NCBI RefSeq assembly: GCF_037042905.1
Contig: NC_087251.1
Coordinates: 24,244,001-24,308,000 of the forward strand
DNA length: 64,000 nt
DNA from: Lytechinus pictus
Taxonomy: Eukaryota
Direction: 5' to 3'
This document shows positions 26,122-37,720 of the stretch, one piece after another. A program made the position numbers and the translations under genes. How positions within the stretch are numbered: the first letter of the stretch is position 1; the number at the start of each line of letters is the position of its first letter. The notes beneath the pieces were generated by a model that was given only the letters and a program-made list of their open reading frames with translations, was not told the DNA's origin and did not search any database.

Positions 26122-29100
26122 GTGAGTAAAATAAAAGACTTGCCGCTTAATGTATCATTAATACATGTTTTAAAACACAATATTTACCAGGAAATGATAA
26201 CACCTTACAATGTTGTTATCTAAAGTTACATACGGGAGACCCAAACGGGAAGCGCTAATGATTATTTATTTGACAGAAGATAGCAGTGTTGCCCAGTGTT
26301 TAGAGTCAGGCTACTTGAATAGATAAGCGTCGGATTCAATTAAGTTACCAAGGAACCGTTCATGTCCATCAAATTGACAACAAAATACATAAAAGGACAT
26401 CGCTTCATTATTTTCTGCAAACCATTTTTCATTTCCATGAATATGCGGTGTCCCAGATACGTACCGTTCGAATTAAGAATGAAAATAAATCAAGCCTTCG
26501 AAATTGAGTCAATCATAGAGGCGAGGTATCGAACATCCTCCTTTCTATGCGGGGAGATTATTTTCATCCGTGGTCTATCAGGAGGGATTCTATCCTTGGC
26601 CATTTCTCTAGGGTAATTGGAAGGATGTGAAGGGAGATTGAAATAAAATCGCACATCGTATCTGGGATTCCGCGCATAGTCGCCCCTCTCTGCCATCACG
26701 AGCTCTGTCTTCCAACTGCCAAATTCAATTTAGACCAGAGTCTGTTCTTTTCCCGTTCTAACCCCGGTACTTCGAGATTTCCCAAAATTACGAGAAAAAA
26801 AATGTTGACAAATTAAATGTAATTTTATGAATTTATTTTATTCTGATATTAAATTACTCTTGATTAAAATAGGGAAAACCAAGTGGGTATTTTTTCAGTG
26901 TTCGATTTAGTTCACTGCTTTTCGTCAAAATTTCATTTGAATTCCAGTAAATATAAGTTTGTATAAATTATTCAGTTTTATGAGTTCATTTCAAATAGCC
27001 CAGTCAATGAGTGAGGCACACGCCACCCCAACAGATTGTAGTCAATCCTATGCCGCAATCGAAATGAATTGACGTGTAATTTTGTGATGTTTGCACTATT
27101 CACTATTGTATATACTTAACGGGTGCATTATGCAGGCGTTCGGATGATTTTTCTGCTTGCATGACTGTCCGTATCACCACACTCGTACCCATTCCTCAAA
27201 TCAAATCGTTTTTTTTTTAGTCCATGTGGAAATATGAGAAGTCTCATCGATCCATAGAACCTACATACAATACCCGGCGTGGATATACCATGCTCCAAGC
27301 GATGCATCTATAAATTCTCCCACTTTGTCCACATTATCCGAAATCATCCCGATGGTGGACTCCTCATCATATCTCTTTTTATTGCATGGATTGGCTTGTG
27401 ACACACACATTGACTATTTTCTATCCATATATTTTTCATAAGTCATGTCGATGAGAATGGCTTGAGCTTGATGGATCTTCCTCCAGTTTTTTAACCCGTT
27501 CAGAGGGCGCATCTGTAGAATTGTTACGAACACCTGGTCTTGTGCCATTGTGCCTTTCACGTTTGATAGATTGTGAATAGAAGGCAGAGGGATGGCATTG
27601 AAATCCTCTTTCTGGTGGCATGGTAACTCACTTTAGAAATAGCATAATGCTGAAAAACACAATGTTCAGTTTATGAACGTTCAAATTTTTAAAGACTCCC
27701 TGTGAATTATGGTGTAATTCGCACGTCTGGTTGTCTGAAAGCGCGCCAATTTTAAGGTCACGTGCAGACTAGACTTCATAGCAATTTATCGAATACAAAA
27801 TTAGTAAAATAATTTTGGTTCAAACTATCTCTTTAAGCGGGAAGAATCAGATTTTCCATATTCATTATTCGTAATCGGAAACATATATTATGTTTCTTTT
27901 ACTTTTTTTATTTCAGAATCTGAATTTCCGTGTAATACATTTTTTAAACAAACGAATATTTAGAACACAAAATCACTGGGTTAGATCAAATTATTCTTCT
28001 TCCATTGATTGAGTAATGATGCTAATTGCCAACAAGGTTGCAGACGAACACGAATGGTTTTATTTTTCTTGAATTCAATTTTGAATGGAGGCCACAATAC
28101 GCCCCTGGGTTCATTTGTGAACAGTCTGTGTTGATCAATGGCCCACCATAGAGAGAGAGAGCAAGCGAGATATAGACTCGCGACTAGAGCTCTTGAAGCA
28201 CACGCGACCTGAGAAAAAAAACCACGATTTCACTATGCATATCATTAGCATAATGAACTGCCTGCCACTCTATTCATATTCCCCTCTTCAAATATCGTTA
28301 AGGTCGCTTTTTGGTTTGACCCCCAGCAAAATTAAGGGATTCATGAGGGTAAAGAGCCATCTGCTCATATAGCTATCGGGATGTTTGTTCTTATTAACAA
28401 TATAATAAGATGATAAAATATAGAGCGAATTGTATGAAATCAAAAGAAATTTGAAGCAAAATACATTGGTGTTTTGTTCGCGGACACCACTTATGAGCAC
28501 ATATTTATATGCGAATTCTTGTGATAGGAAGAGTACTATCAGAGGTAGAAAATGTAACAACTACCTCGTGTAGTGTTGCGTGGGTGACGATTCATTGATG
28601 AAGAATTGCGATTTCTCATTAACATATACAACCCCTCCAGCTGTATTTAAAAGGATACAGAGGAGGATGCATGGGGATTTGGAGCGCTTTTAAGATTGCG
28701 TGCCTCGATCTACTCGTTCCTTCACATTTTCAGTTCATCTAGGCGTAAAATGGCGGTGAGCTTATCACCATCGCTGTGACGGAAAGCCCGACGGATTTTA
28801 TAGTAAGCGGTTAGGTCAGCCAGGTTTTTCCTCATCGATTCAATCTTTACGTTTGTTCAAGCTTCCTTACAAAACACTCAAAAATATGAAAGGGGAAAGC
28901 AAAGCGAGAGACAGCACGAGTAAGATAGTGAGGGATGGAGGAAGAAGAATGGCAGAAACAAGATGACAATGCAAGTGACAAATTCAAAGATGTTAGGTGT
29001 GAAGGGTGTTTGGTTAGATGCAACATGAACTCTCTAGAGGTCCCCCAAAGAGGTAGGGATGTTGAACATGAGCTGAAGACAAACATAGCGCAGCCGGAGA

Positions 29101-29301
29101 GCGAGTGCTATGTCAATGGGCTTGTGTAACTGCTTATATTGAACCACCAGGGTAGTTTCACGGCAATCAGAGCATGCGCAGTAAATTTAGCTAGGCAATT
29201 TTTCTTCAGAATAGCTAATGTACCATTGATTCAGCCATTTGTTTTCATTCATCAACTCTAATGCGTTTTTCTCCTTTTCTCATATCCTATCTTTTCTACA
29301 G

Positions 29302-29356
29302 CCGTTTGTTCAGAGGAATGTGTGCATGGTTCCTGCGATGAGCCCAACACTTGCAA
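29302..29356 (+). CDS. Delta: Delta exon 5, first part of EGF1
   Basis: cttttctacag acceptor; AVCSEECVHGSCDEPNTCK; AA|GTAAGT donor, phase 2. Not in the ORF track. Confidence 0.92.
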
Positions 29357-30096
29357 GTAAGTATATGAAGACACGTATATATTTCTGTTTGAAATAATCT
29401 TTATAAGATTGGCGAAAATGCTCTAAGATGTTGAGATTCCAAATATAAACAATATATAAATTAAAATTTTCAGGAGCTGTTAAGAAGAGATCATGAGAAT
29501 TAAAACAGAACGCCATTCATCCCCTGCCTCTATCCTTAACTTGAAATGTAAGCCCTTTTGGAAGCAACCTCCCTCCTCTTTCCCCTCCATCTCATATTTC
29601 TTGTCCAGTTACTTTGATCCCTGTTCCGAACAAGGTCGGTGTCTTGAAAACATATGAATATTAAATCTGTAAAACCCAAACGCCTTTTACCTCTTAGAAG
29701 ATTATACGACACGCGTGTCGCGATGAAGCTGCAGCGTTGATTAAATTACAAGATATACAGGAGAGTGGTACTGAGCTCAAATGCCCACGTCTTGTTCCAT
29801 TATCACTCCCCAAGATATGTCGATGGCATATGCAGAACGATTCCGAGGCGATCCTCTGTATATGCCTGGTGATCTTGTCACGTATGATAAAGTAATACAC
29901 ACTTATTAGCTCCGTGGAAATTCCATTCAAACTTAATGAATTGAGACTAAACGTAGACAATCCGATATACAGATTTTTCACTTCACCTGTTACTGAGTAA
30001 CAGAGTCCGTATTTCCATTTATGTCTTAAATATTTTGTACATAGCGAAGAAAATTTTCTGAAACGCTGATGAAAGATATTTGTTTGTCTTTGATAG

Positions 30097-30227
30097 ATGC
30101 GACAATGGGTACAAAGGAGCCGCATGCGACCAATGCCAGACTTATGAGGGCTGTGAACATGGGACATGCAACGAGCCAGGAGACTGTATCTGTGACGAAG
30201 GCTGGGGAGGACTGCTATGTACAACAG
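30097..30227 (+). CDS. Delta: Delta exon 6, EGF1 end and EGF2 (DOS region)
   Basis: tttgatag acceptor; CDNGYKGAACDQCQTYEGCEHGTCNEPGDCICDEGWGGLLCTT; G|GTACAC donor. Confidence 0.94.
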
Positions 30228-30460
30228 GTACACATCTTAATTTATATCAACCTAAATTATGTCCGAAATACATATTTGTAAAAATAATTGAATAGTGAAA
30301 ATCCTTGTAGAAACCGTGTTAGATCTTAAAGAATATCGAATCACACCATTGTTAAAGAGGTTACACTAATTTTACCAAACTATGCAATATATGGTGATAA
30401 TTCATAAGGGTCTCATCATGTTTAACAAAAGTCAATCTTTCTTTCTTCACTCTGATTCAG

Positions 30461-30618
30461 ATTTAAACTACTGCACCAACCACCAACCATGCCTGAATGG
30501 CGCTACTTGCCAAAATGAAGGAATCCTGGACTATCGATGCTACTGTACACCTCTATTCACTGGCCAGACATGCGAGACTGCTATAGCCTGTCCTTGCCTC
30601 AATGGAGGAACTTGCAGC
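30461..30618 (+). CDS. Delta: Delta exon 7, EGF3 and start of EGF4
   Basis: gattcag acceptor; DLNYCTNHQPCLNGATC..TCETAIACPCLNGGTCS; AGC|GTAAGT donor. Confidence 0.94.
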
Positions 30619-30855
30619 GTAAGTAGTTACTCTCATTACATGCTCTCATGCAACATGAATAATTTATTGTATTTGTATATTTATATGCTTTGTCATAGAC
30701 TGACATCGATACTTATTTTGCTGATTGTATGTATTGTTATGTTACAAGGTTTCATTTTACACTAAAACACCAGTATTAAAGTGTGTGCGTTGAGCATAAT
30801 GTGATGGCATAATTTTGACTCATGCATGTATTCAATTTTTCCTTTTATATTACAG

Positions 30856-31066
30856 AGTGGTCCCGACGGTTATACTTGCCTGTGTCCGGTTGGGTTGACG
30901 GGGGATCTGTGCGAGAAGCAGGTTCCTAGATGCGAGTCAAACATGTGCATGAATGGCAGTACATGTATGGAAACATTTGATGGCTACCGCTGTGCCTGTC
31001 AAGAGGGTTACACGGGCACTCACTGTGAGATCCGTGACCACTGCTCTTCATCGCCTTGCCGCAACG
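30856..31066 (+). CDS. Delta: Delta exon 8, EGF4 end, EGF5, start of EGF6
   Basis: ttacag acceptor; SGPDGYTCLCPVGLTGDLCE..HCSSSPCRN; G|GTAGGT donor. Confidence 0.94.
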
Positions 31067-31218
31067 GTAGGTCACCATTACTTTTAGTAAAAAATATCTT
31101 ATGTCTTTCCTGGGTTTCACAGCACATATTGAGTGAATATTGTATATTTAATGAAATGAATTATGAATTCATCATATTAATTAGTATAGTATGTCTGCTC
31201 TTATTCCTCTTCATGCAG

Positions 31219-32299
31219 GAGCTACATGCATTAACAACAACGTGGCCTACCAGTGTACATGTCCAGATGGCTTCCGCGGAGATCAATGTGAGGAGAACCT
31301 CTGTGCAACACGTGGATGTCTAAATGGTGGTACCTGCCGCGCGGAATCTGATTCAGTCCATTGTGAATGTCCTCTCGGATTTAACGGTGATCACTGCCAA
31401 AACAACATCAACGACTGCGCCTCGTCACCTTGCAAGAACGGTGGAACTTGCTACGATTTGTTGAATGACTACCGTTGTGATTGTGCCTTCGGATTCGGCG
31501 GACCCAACTGTAGAGATCACTTTACTGTATGTGATGGAGACAACCCATGTGCAAATGGAGGAACGTGCCTACGAGATGTGATGGGAGGCTTCATGTGTGA
31601 GTGCGCCGAAGGATGGAGAGGTACAACATGTACACAGTCTACTGGTCCAGTCCAAACATCCGTACCTACTGACTGGCAGCGTGGTTCACAACGGCCTAAC
31701 ATCCGGGCTACCAGTTCACCTACCATCAAATTTGGATTATCAGATACCACTCAGCTGGTCATATACGTTGCTTTTGGATTATTGGTCATTGTGCTTGTCA
31801 TTATTCTGATCATTGTGGTGTATAGAAAACAACATCACCCCGACCCAAGGCAAAACGACCTGGAATCAAATACAACATCAACGCCAAATAACAGAAATAG
31901 ACATACATATAAAGACAATTTCTCACAGGAGGAAAAAGTACTGCCTCTCTTGAGCATTAGTGAAAAAGTGTGCAACAAAGAGCAGGACACATATAGCAAA
32001 GCAAATTCGCAAAATACGTCGTCAGCTTTGCAACATAAAACAAATCATTACTCAATTGAAGAGTATGAAAGGCCGCCGCCTTCAAAGAACAAATTGATGA
32101 TTATTCAAACTTCATCAAATAAGCATAATGTGCCACAAGCAAGACATTCTTATCCGAGAAAAGACTCAGATGAATATTATTATTATGATGAAAAACATGT
32201 GCAACTTCAGAGAACAGACTCTTTGCAAACGCCTAGCCAAAGCTCTTCTTCACAGAGTACGCCTAGACACACGGGATCATGTACAATCTCACAAATATC
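31219..32299 (+). CDS. Delta: Delta exon 9, EGF6-9, transmembrane helix, most of the intracellular domain
   Basis: catgcag acceptor; long open frame (track ORF 31191..32303); TC|GTAAGT donor, phase 2. Confidence 0.95.
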
Positions 32300-33043
32300 G
32301 TAAGTATACACATTTGCAATTGCCTAATAAGAATTGTAGATAATGTTAAATAGGAGATGTGTTGAAGTAATACATGTACATGTAAGTCCAATCATATTTC
32401 CTTTGTAGAAAGGGAATGAGTTCAATCTCATTTATCATACATGCAATTTTCGATGGAGATCATATATTTTCCATAAACAATTTTTTTTTCGATAGAAACA
32501 AAGAGTTCAGCGCACTCCTTCGCTGAAGGAAGTTTTATTTTCAGATGCCGTTGTCATGGTGACTAAACACGATTAGGGATTACATCTTGATTCTCAGATT
32601 TTTTCATTGATGAAGCCTTCAAGGGTCGAGATAATGAATACTCAAGATTTTTTCCCTTTAAATTCCCTATACACCGTATCTCGAATTATGACTTAAATAT
32701 ACAAGCAACCTTCCAATTTTAGCATGATGAGGTATTACAATGTATGAAAACAGGAATTGGGGGTTTGTATATATATTTTTCTTGTCTTTTTTTACCTTAT
32801 TGTATTGTATATTCTGTCTGCTTCCTGTGTGCAATCATCTCAAGATAAAACGCTTCTGTATTTTACTGGTCTGCTCGAGGTGTAGTAGTATTTGACGACG
32901 GGTCTGCTTAATTAAAACTGTACCATGATCGAAAAGTTGACGAGAATATGTATATGTAACTATATAGGAAGCGACGATCGATATTCTTTGTACAAGTCAT
33001 AATCCCAGTAACATATGTTCTCTTATTTTTTTTGTATCTTTAG

Positions 33044-33107
33044 GGCTGTAGTCGAAGATAGTAGGGGAACGACAACGCCGACGTCTGTTGGATTATTCGC
33101 AACTGAG
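33044..33107 (+). CDS. Delta: Delta exon 10, intracellular tail up to ATE
   Basis: Polypyrimidine tract + tag acceptor; (S)AVVEDSRGTTTPTSVGLFATE; GAG|GTAATT donor; phase matches exon 9. Confidence 0.88.
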
Positions 33108-35144
33108 GTAATTATCATCCATCTTTTCTATTTCATCATTGATCTATAGCTTAGCATCAATCAATAGAGTTCCATTAAGATGTGATGTTTTACCGGCTAA
33201 ATGAACGGGTTACAGACCATGGTCTCCATCAATCTGTGATACAACCTAAATATTAATCTCGATCGGGTGTCTAAGGGACGATGAACGTGTTTAATAGCTT
33301 GTTTTGATTCTTGTTGCTTTCCTATGATAAGCAAGTCATAACACCATTCCACCTACTGATATGTGATATAACCGGTTTTTATCCGCATAATTGGCTTTAT
33401 TTTATTCATACCATAACTTCTTTTCAAAACATTATGTATAACTAGTCCAAGCAGTTGCATTTATTTGTCACCTTTACCGCCAGTGTACTTTGCTATCTCA
33501 ATACGGTGCCTTTGTGCTGTCGTTTATATTTCGAAGTGTTTTTGGTAGTCTCAATGATTGTTAAACATTTCCTTCAAATTTTCAAAAAGCAGTATCGGCT
33601 ACTAACACATCTAAAGGAAGAACAAGACACGCCTTGTTCAAGTTTCATAACAAAACCTATCTGTTTTGGTTGACTTTTGAAATACACTTTAAACAATCGC
33701 TGATGCACCAATGTGTTAGTTGCAGCATTACTGATGAGGGTTATGTACAGTGCAAATGATTCAGCTCCATGTCTAGGTTTTAGGTGTGGGTGATGTTGAT
33801 AGTAGCTTGATAGCTTTGACAATCATTGGTCATACTGATTGTGACAGGTATACGATTGCTTAGGTTGTCTTCTCGATACAGGGTTCTGTAGATGACATGA
33901 TGGGCGGGTAGTCTATGGTATGGATTTGATGGATAGGGTATGGTGGGGTTTAGATATCAAAGAGAAGAGCCAGTCATCGGGATATGGTGAGCAAGTCTTG
34001 ACGGCACGCAGAGAATGCAGGTCGTTTAAATGGGACTGACCTATCACGACACCAATCTTATTCTACTTAGCCAACTCCATGCGTTTCATAAGAACTTGCA
34101 TGATTTGAACGTGGCTATTATGAAACAAAAAGAATGTTTTTCTTTTTTTAGTTGAAAGTCTTGACAAAATATTAACATCCGAAGTATTGAGGCTTAAATC
34201 TCAATTGTATGGCTCGATTTTCATTTAAAAAAAGTTTAACCAAGTGTATGGGGGTGTTTTAACTGTTTTGATTTGATTTGGCAAAAGTTTGACAATGAGA
34301 GTAAATACATCCAAAAATGGATTAAATCTCAAACAACATCAAAATAGGAGAATGAATGATATCCGTTCTTTGACGCGAGGCCATTTTAATACCACACTGA
34401 TGTACCATTCGCGTCTAATAAGTGGGGGTCACAATCCACGCGAGTAAGGTCAGGTTATTCCGCGCTGCACGTAGGCTTTGGACTCCAACCAAATCACAAC
34501 CACACTCGCAATAATCTTCCACCATTGCTATTTGATTATTAAAAAGGTTACTTTAAAAAGAAGAGATAACCAATCATACATGTGACTCAGATATTATTAT
34601 TTATAATTGCTATATTGTTGGTATTCATATAATTATACTGGACCAATAAAAAATTGCAACCTTTAATAATGTGTATAGGAGGCATCTGAGAAAAAAAAGG
34701 GATGTCAATGGCGGTGTATTGTTGATGCATAGCTCGCGGCGCGATTGAATGGAGATTGTTTGAATCACGTGGTTTATAGTGGTACCAGGTGCAAGCGATG
34801 TATGGACCAATCGCGTGCCTCGCCACCTATGTTTGCCGCTCTGCACGCTTGTTTGTTGTCATAACATTCATATGCTAATGAGCACCACAGAAAGACCATG
34901 TTTTGGTCCAATAAAAGAGTGAGTAAAACGACCAAACATTCGACAGCATGTTTTATTAGATCAGGCAACCACCGAAAAGAAAATGAATAAAAGTAACTGC
35001 TTGAAACTATAGTTTAACATTAACCTGACATTTCTCAATCTGCCTTAAAACTAACTGCTTAAAATCACATATAATCATAGTTTTTCTCTGCTTATTTGAT
35101 AATGTGAACTTACCAATGTTTTCATTTATATCTCCTATGTACAG

Positions 35145-35150
35145 GTATGA
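35145..35150 (+). CDS. Delta: Delta exon 11 coding part: Val + stop, completing the ATEV PDZ-binding motif
   Basis: ttttcatttatatctcctatgtacag|GTA TGA gives ATE|V*, the C-terminus known from vertebrate DLL1/DLL4. Confidence 0.82.
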   Translation, partial: V

Positions 35151-36810
35151 GAGAAGGAGAGGGGAAGATGTTGCAATATTATTTTCTTCATGCGCTATGT
35201 ATTCAACGCTATTACCCACTGCCATTGGAACAGCGCCGCTCATAGGAGGACACCCACGGAGAGATATGGAGAGACTTGATAATCATTAAATGGAGGGCGC
35301 CAAACTAATTGAATCTAAATAAATTTCTTTTAAGAAAAAAACAATTATCGCCACCAAATTCTATGCACCGTTTAATCTTTCATGCCATACCAGGTTACCT
35401 GGTTGAAGCAGCTCTCGTATCCATTTGTCTACAATTTTTTTGGAGATAAAAAGCCATTGTGTGCCTTTTTGGAAAGATAACAAGACTTATGATAAAAGAA
35501 TTTAAATTATTGTGTTCTTTTACACGCAGCAATATTTAAATGATTGTTATTGTTATCTGTAATTTGCAATTGACAATTTAAATGATTATTCACACTTGAA
35601 GATCCAATAAATCAGGCGCTCACCTATACAATATCCCCAAAATCATGTTTCCGAAAAAAGACGAAAGAGAGGGATAGAGAGACAAACCAGGATTCACCAA
35701 GTTCTTATTCTTGGCATTATTTCATCATTAAACTCTGTACAAAGTTACACGAAATGTGCTGTATCTGAAACATATAAACACAATATACGGTTTTTTGCAA
35801 AACGTTCAAATTCTGTAGGCTATAGGATGTTCAGTCAGTGGAGCTGTGTTGTGAAAAGTGACATTATAAATACCGGGCAGAATCTTGCCAATTTCATTCA
35901 AAACTCGTGTAGAAATTCATGACCGTTTTATTGGACTTGCTCACCACCAGTCTTCAGTACGTAATTCACACTATAGAGCAGACTATCAAGTAGCAGTCGT
36001 TTTTTGTATTCCAAATTTGCTACTTATATTTATTAAATATGAGAAGAAAATGAAAAAAAAAAGATTTAATAAGAAAAATTTTAAAGTACACATTGTAGAA
36101 CATGTACTACTTCTTCTACTATTACTACTACTGATGTGTTAAATTATTGAGATATAAAGTTTTCTTGATATATTTTATATATTTTTGTGAGTTGAGATTT
36201 TTCGTTTGATTCTGTTATTTAAACAAAGTTATGATGTGAAGCATACGTTTAATCGTACTCTTGTGACGTATGTAGTTGTTTCCATAGAATTCTATCATTA
36301 ATCACTTGTAACACATGAGAAACGGAATATTGACAAAGTCGTTTCCTTGTCAAATGAATTTTGATGGAATTCTATAGCAAGGTAAATATATGAAAAGCCA
36401 TGTGGTTTTTTATAAATTAATTCACTTTGTAACTTAATTTTTGCTATGCAGAGGGACCAAAATGTAAGTCGTTGTGCTCATATATTGCGAGCAATCGTGT
36501 TATTGTTAGCTTTACAAATACAACTCATCACTAACATTAATATTTAAATGTTTTTGAGAGATTCAAAAAATTCAACAATATTGTTATGAATTAAAGTGTT
36601 CACGCTCTTGGCCAACTTTACTACACATGTTAAAGAAGTTTTTGTATATGCTATGTATATTTCTATAGCTCAGAAGTGTACAGTTTGTACATAATGTGGA
36701 TAAAACAAAAATTAATTCAACTTCAAACAACTCTCGTCGTACGTTGAGCACTTATTCTTGGTACTGTTGTTGGCATTCGAAAAATCGAATAAAGAAAACG
36801 CAAAAAAGTT
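35151..36810 (+). other. Probable Delta 3' UTR
   Basis: AU-rich sequence after the stop; AATAAA at 35606-35611 and 36788-36793. The end point is inferred, with no transcript data. Confidence 0.55.
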
Positions 36811-36905
36811 ACCGCCGAAAATTCGCTTGTATTTCTCTTTATATTTTCGTAATTGTCATTTAAGTAATGAGAAATGTGACTGTTAAAGTATTGTGTAACA
36901 TCAGT

Positions 36906-37060
36906 GAGAGAGAGAGAGAGAAGGGGGGAGGTAGGGAGAGAGAGAGAGAGAAGGACATTAATTAAGAGATTTCAATGAGAGAAATGAGAGAGAAAAAAGA
37001 AAACTCCTTGAGAGATTGAGGTAGACAGAAGAGAGACACAAAGAAGGAGGGGGGGGGGGG
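36906..37060. repeat. (GA)n and poly-G tract
   Basis: Direct reading. Confidence 0.85.
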
Positions 37061-37217
37061 TGAAAGAAAATAGTTTTATAAAATGTGTAAACAAATACTA
37101 TGAACTGGTATATTACACCTTGGGGGAAAATTATGAATTTTGAAGTTAATCCAAAGTTAGGAACGCATCCAAAATCATATTTACGGAGGGGGCATGTTAA
37201 GTTGATTTATTAGTTAA

Positions 37218-37720
37218 AAGTAAAGTCCACCCGAGTCGACAAGCCCATTTGAGATGAAAAAAAAATCAAACGACAATAGCACTGGAATTTTAATAAGATC
37301 TTACCCTATTGGCATAAAACATTTTTCGAATGAGGAGCCAATGATTATACAAAAAGAGTCACATCCAATATTTCTTTAGTATATTATGATATATAATATT
37401 TCGATCTTGGGGCCTATAAAATCATATTGATGATACATATATAAACTCTTCATCTAATCACAGTAAATATTTCATTTTTCAAATAAGCCCTAATAAAATG
37501 AAACGAAATAATATATACTTCTCATTTAATTACGTCCTTGGTCATGTTTATGTGAAACTCATCGTTTTGTGAAAAATAAGCGAAATTTTAAATGTCACAA
37601 ATTTCTTATTTTATATCTGTTATTATCAAATTTTCAGTGTTATGCTTGTTTTATTTTTCTCTTTGTGTTCAATCCACATTTTTCTACTATTTTTTCTTGG
37701 GGTTGACCATGTTGACCTGA
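37218..37720. mobile_element. Degenerate MITE, related to 40424-40918
   Basis: TTAA|AAGTAAAGTCCACCC left end; AAATTTTCAGTGTTATGCTTG subterminal block shared (inverted) with the 40424 element; right end eroded. Confidence 0.55.

Larger units (their letters stand above)
21253..35150 (+). other. Delta: Delta (Notch ligand) gene, coding span of 11 exons; predicted 794 aa (789 aa from ATG 21268)
   Basis: join(21253..21333,21572..21862,22330..22381,25867..26121,29302..29356,30097..30227,30461..30618,30856..31066,31219..32299,33044..33107,35145..35150) = 2385 nt, open frame, all GT-AG. Domains: SP, MNNL, DSL, 9 EGF, TM (LVIYVAFGLLVIVLVIILIIVVY), C-terminal ATEV. No VWC domain, so Delta rather than Serrate/Jagged. 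Confidence 0.96.

Noticed and set aside
29694..30233. 179-aa antisense ORF overlapping Delta exon 6
   Set aside because: No recognisable domain; mostly intron and antisense of a real exon.
31275..31283. RGD tripeptide in EGF6
   Set aside because: It falls in the G-F-x-G-x-x-C EGF consensus where G is fixed, so it is likely chance.
31191..32303. 370-aa ORF as a stand-alone EGF membrane protein
   Set aside because: It is exon 9 of Delta, with splice sites in phase with neighbouring exons.
33660..34080. Less AT-rich stretch in the last intron, possibly a retroelement relic
   Set aside because: Translations inspected gave no recognisable motif; cannot be supported without a search.
21253..35150. 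Serrate/Jagged or Notch identity
   Set aside because: Only 9 EGFs, no VWC, LNR or ankyrin regions; DSL plus ATEV terminus fits Delta.
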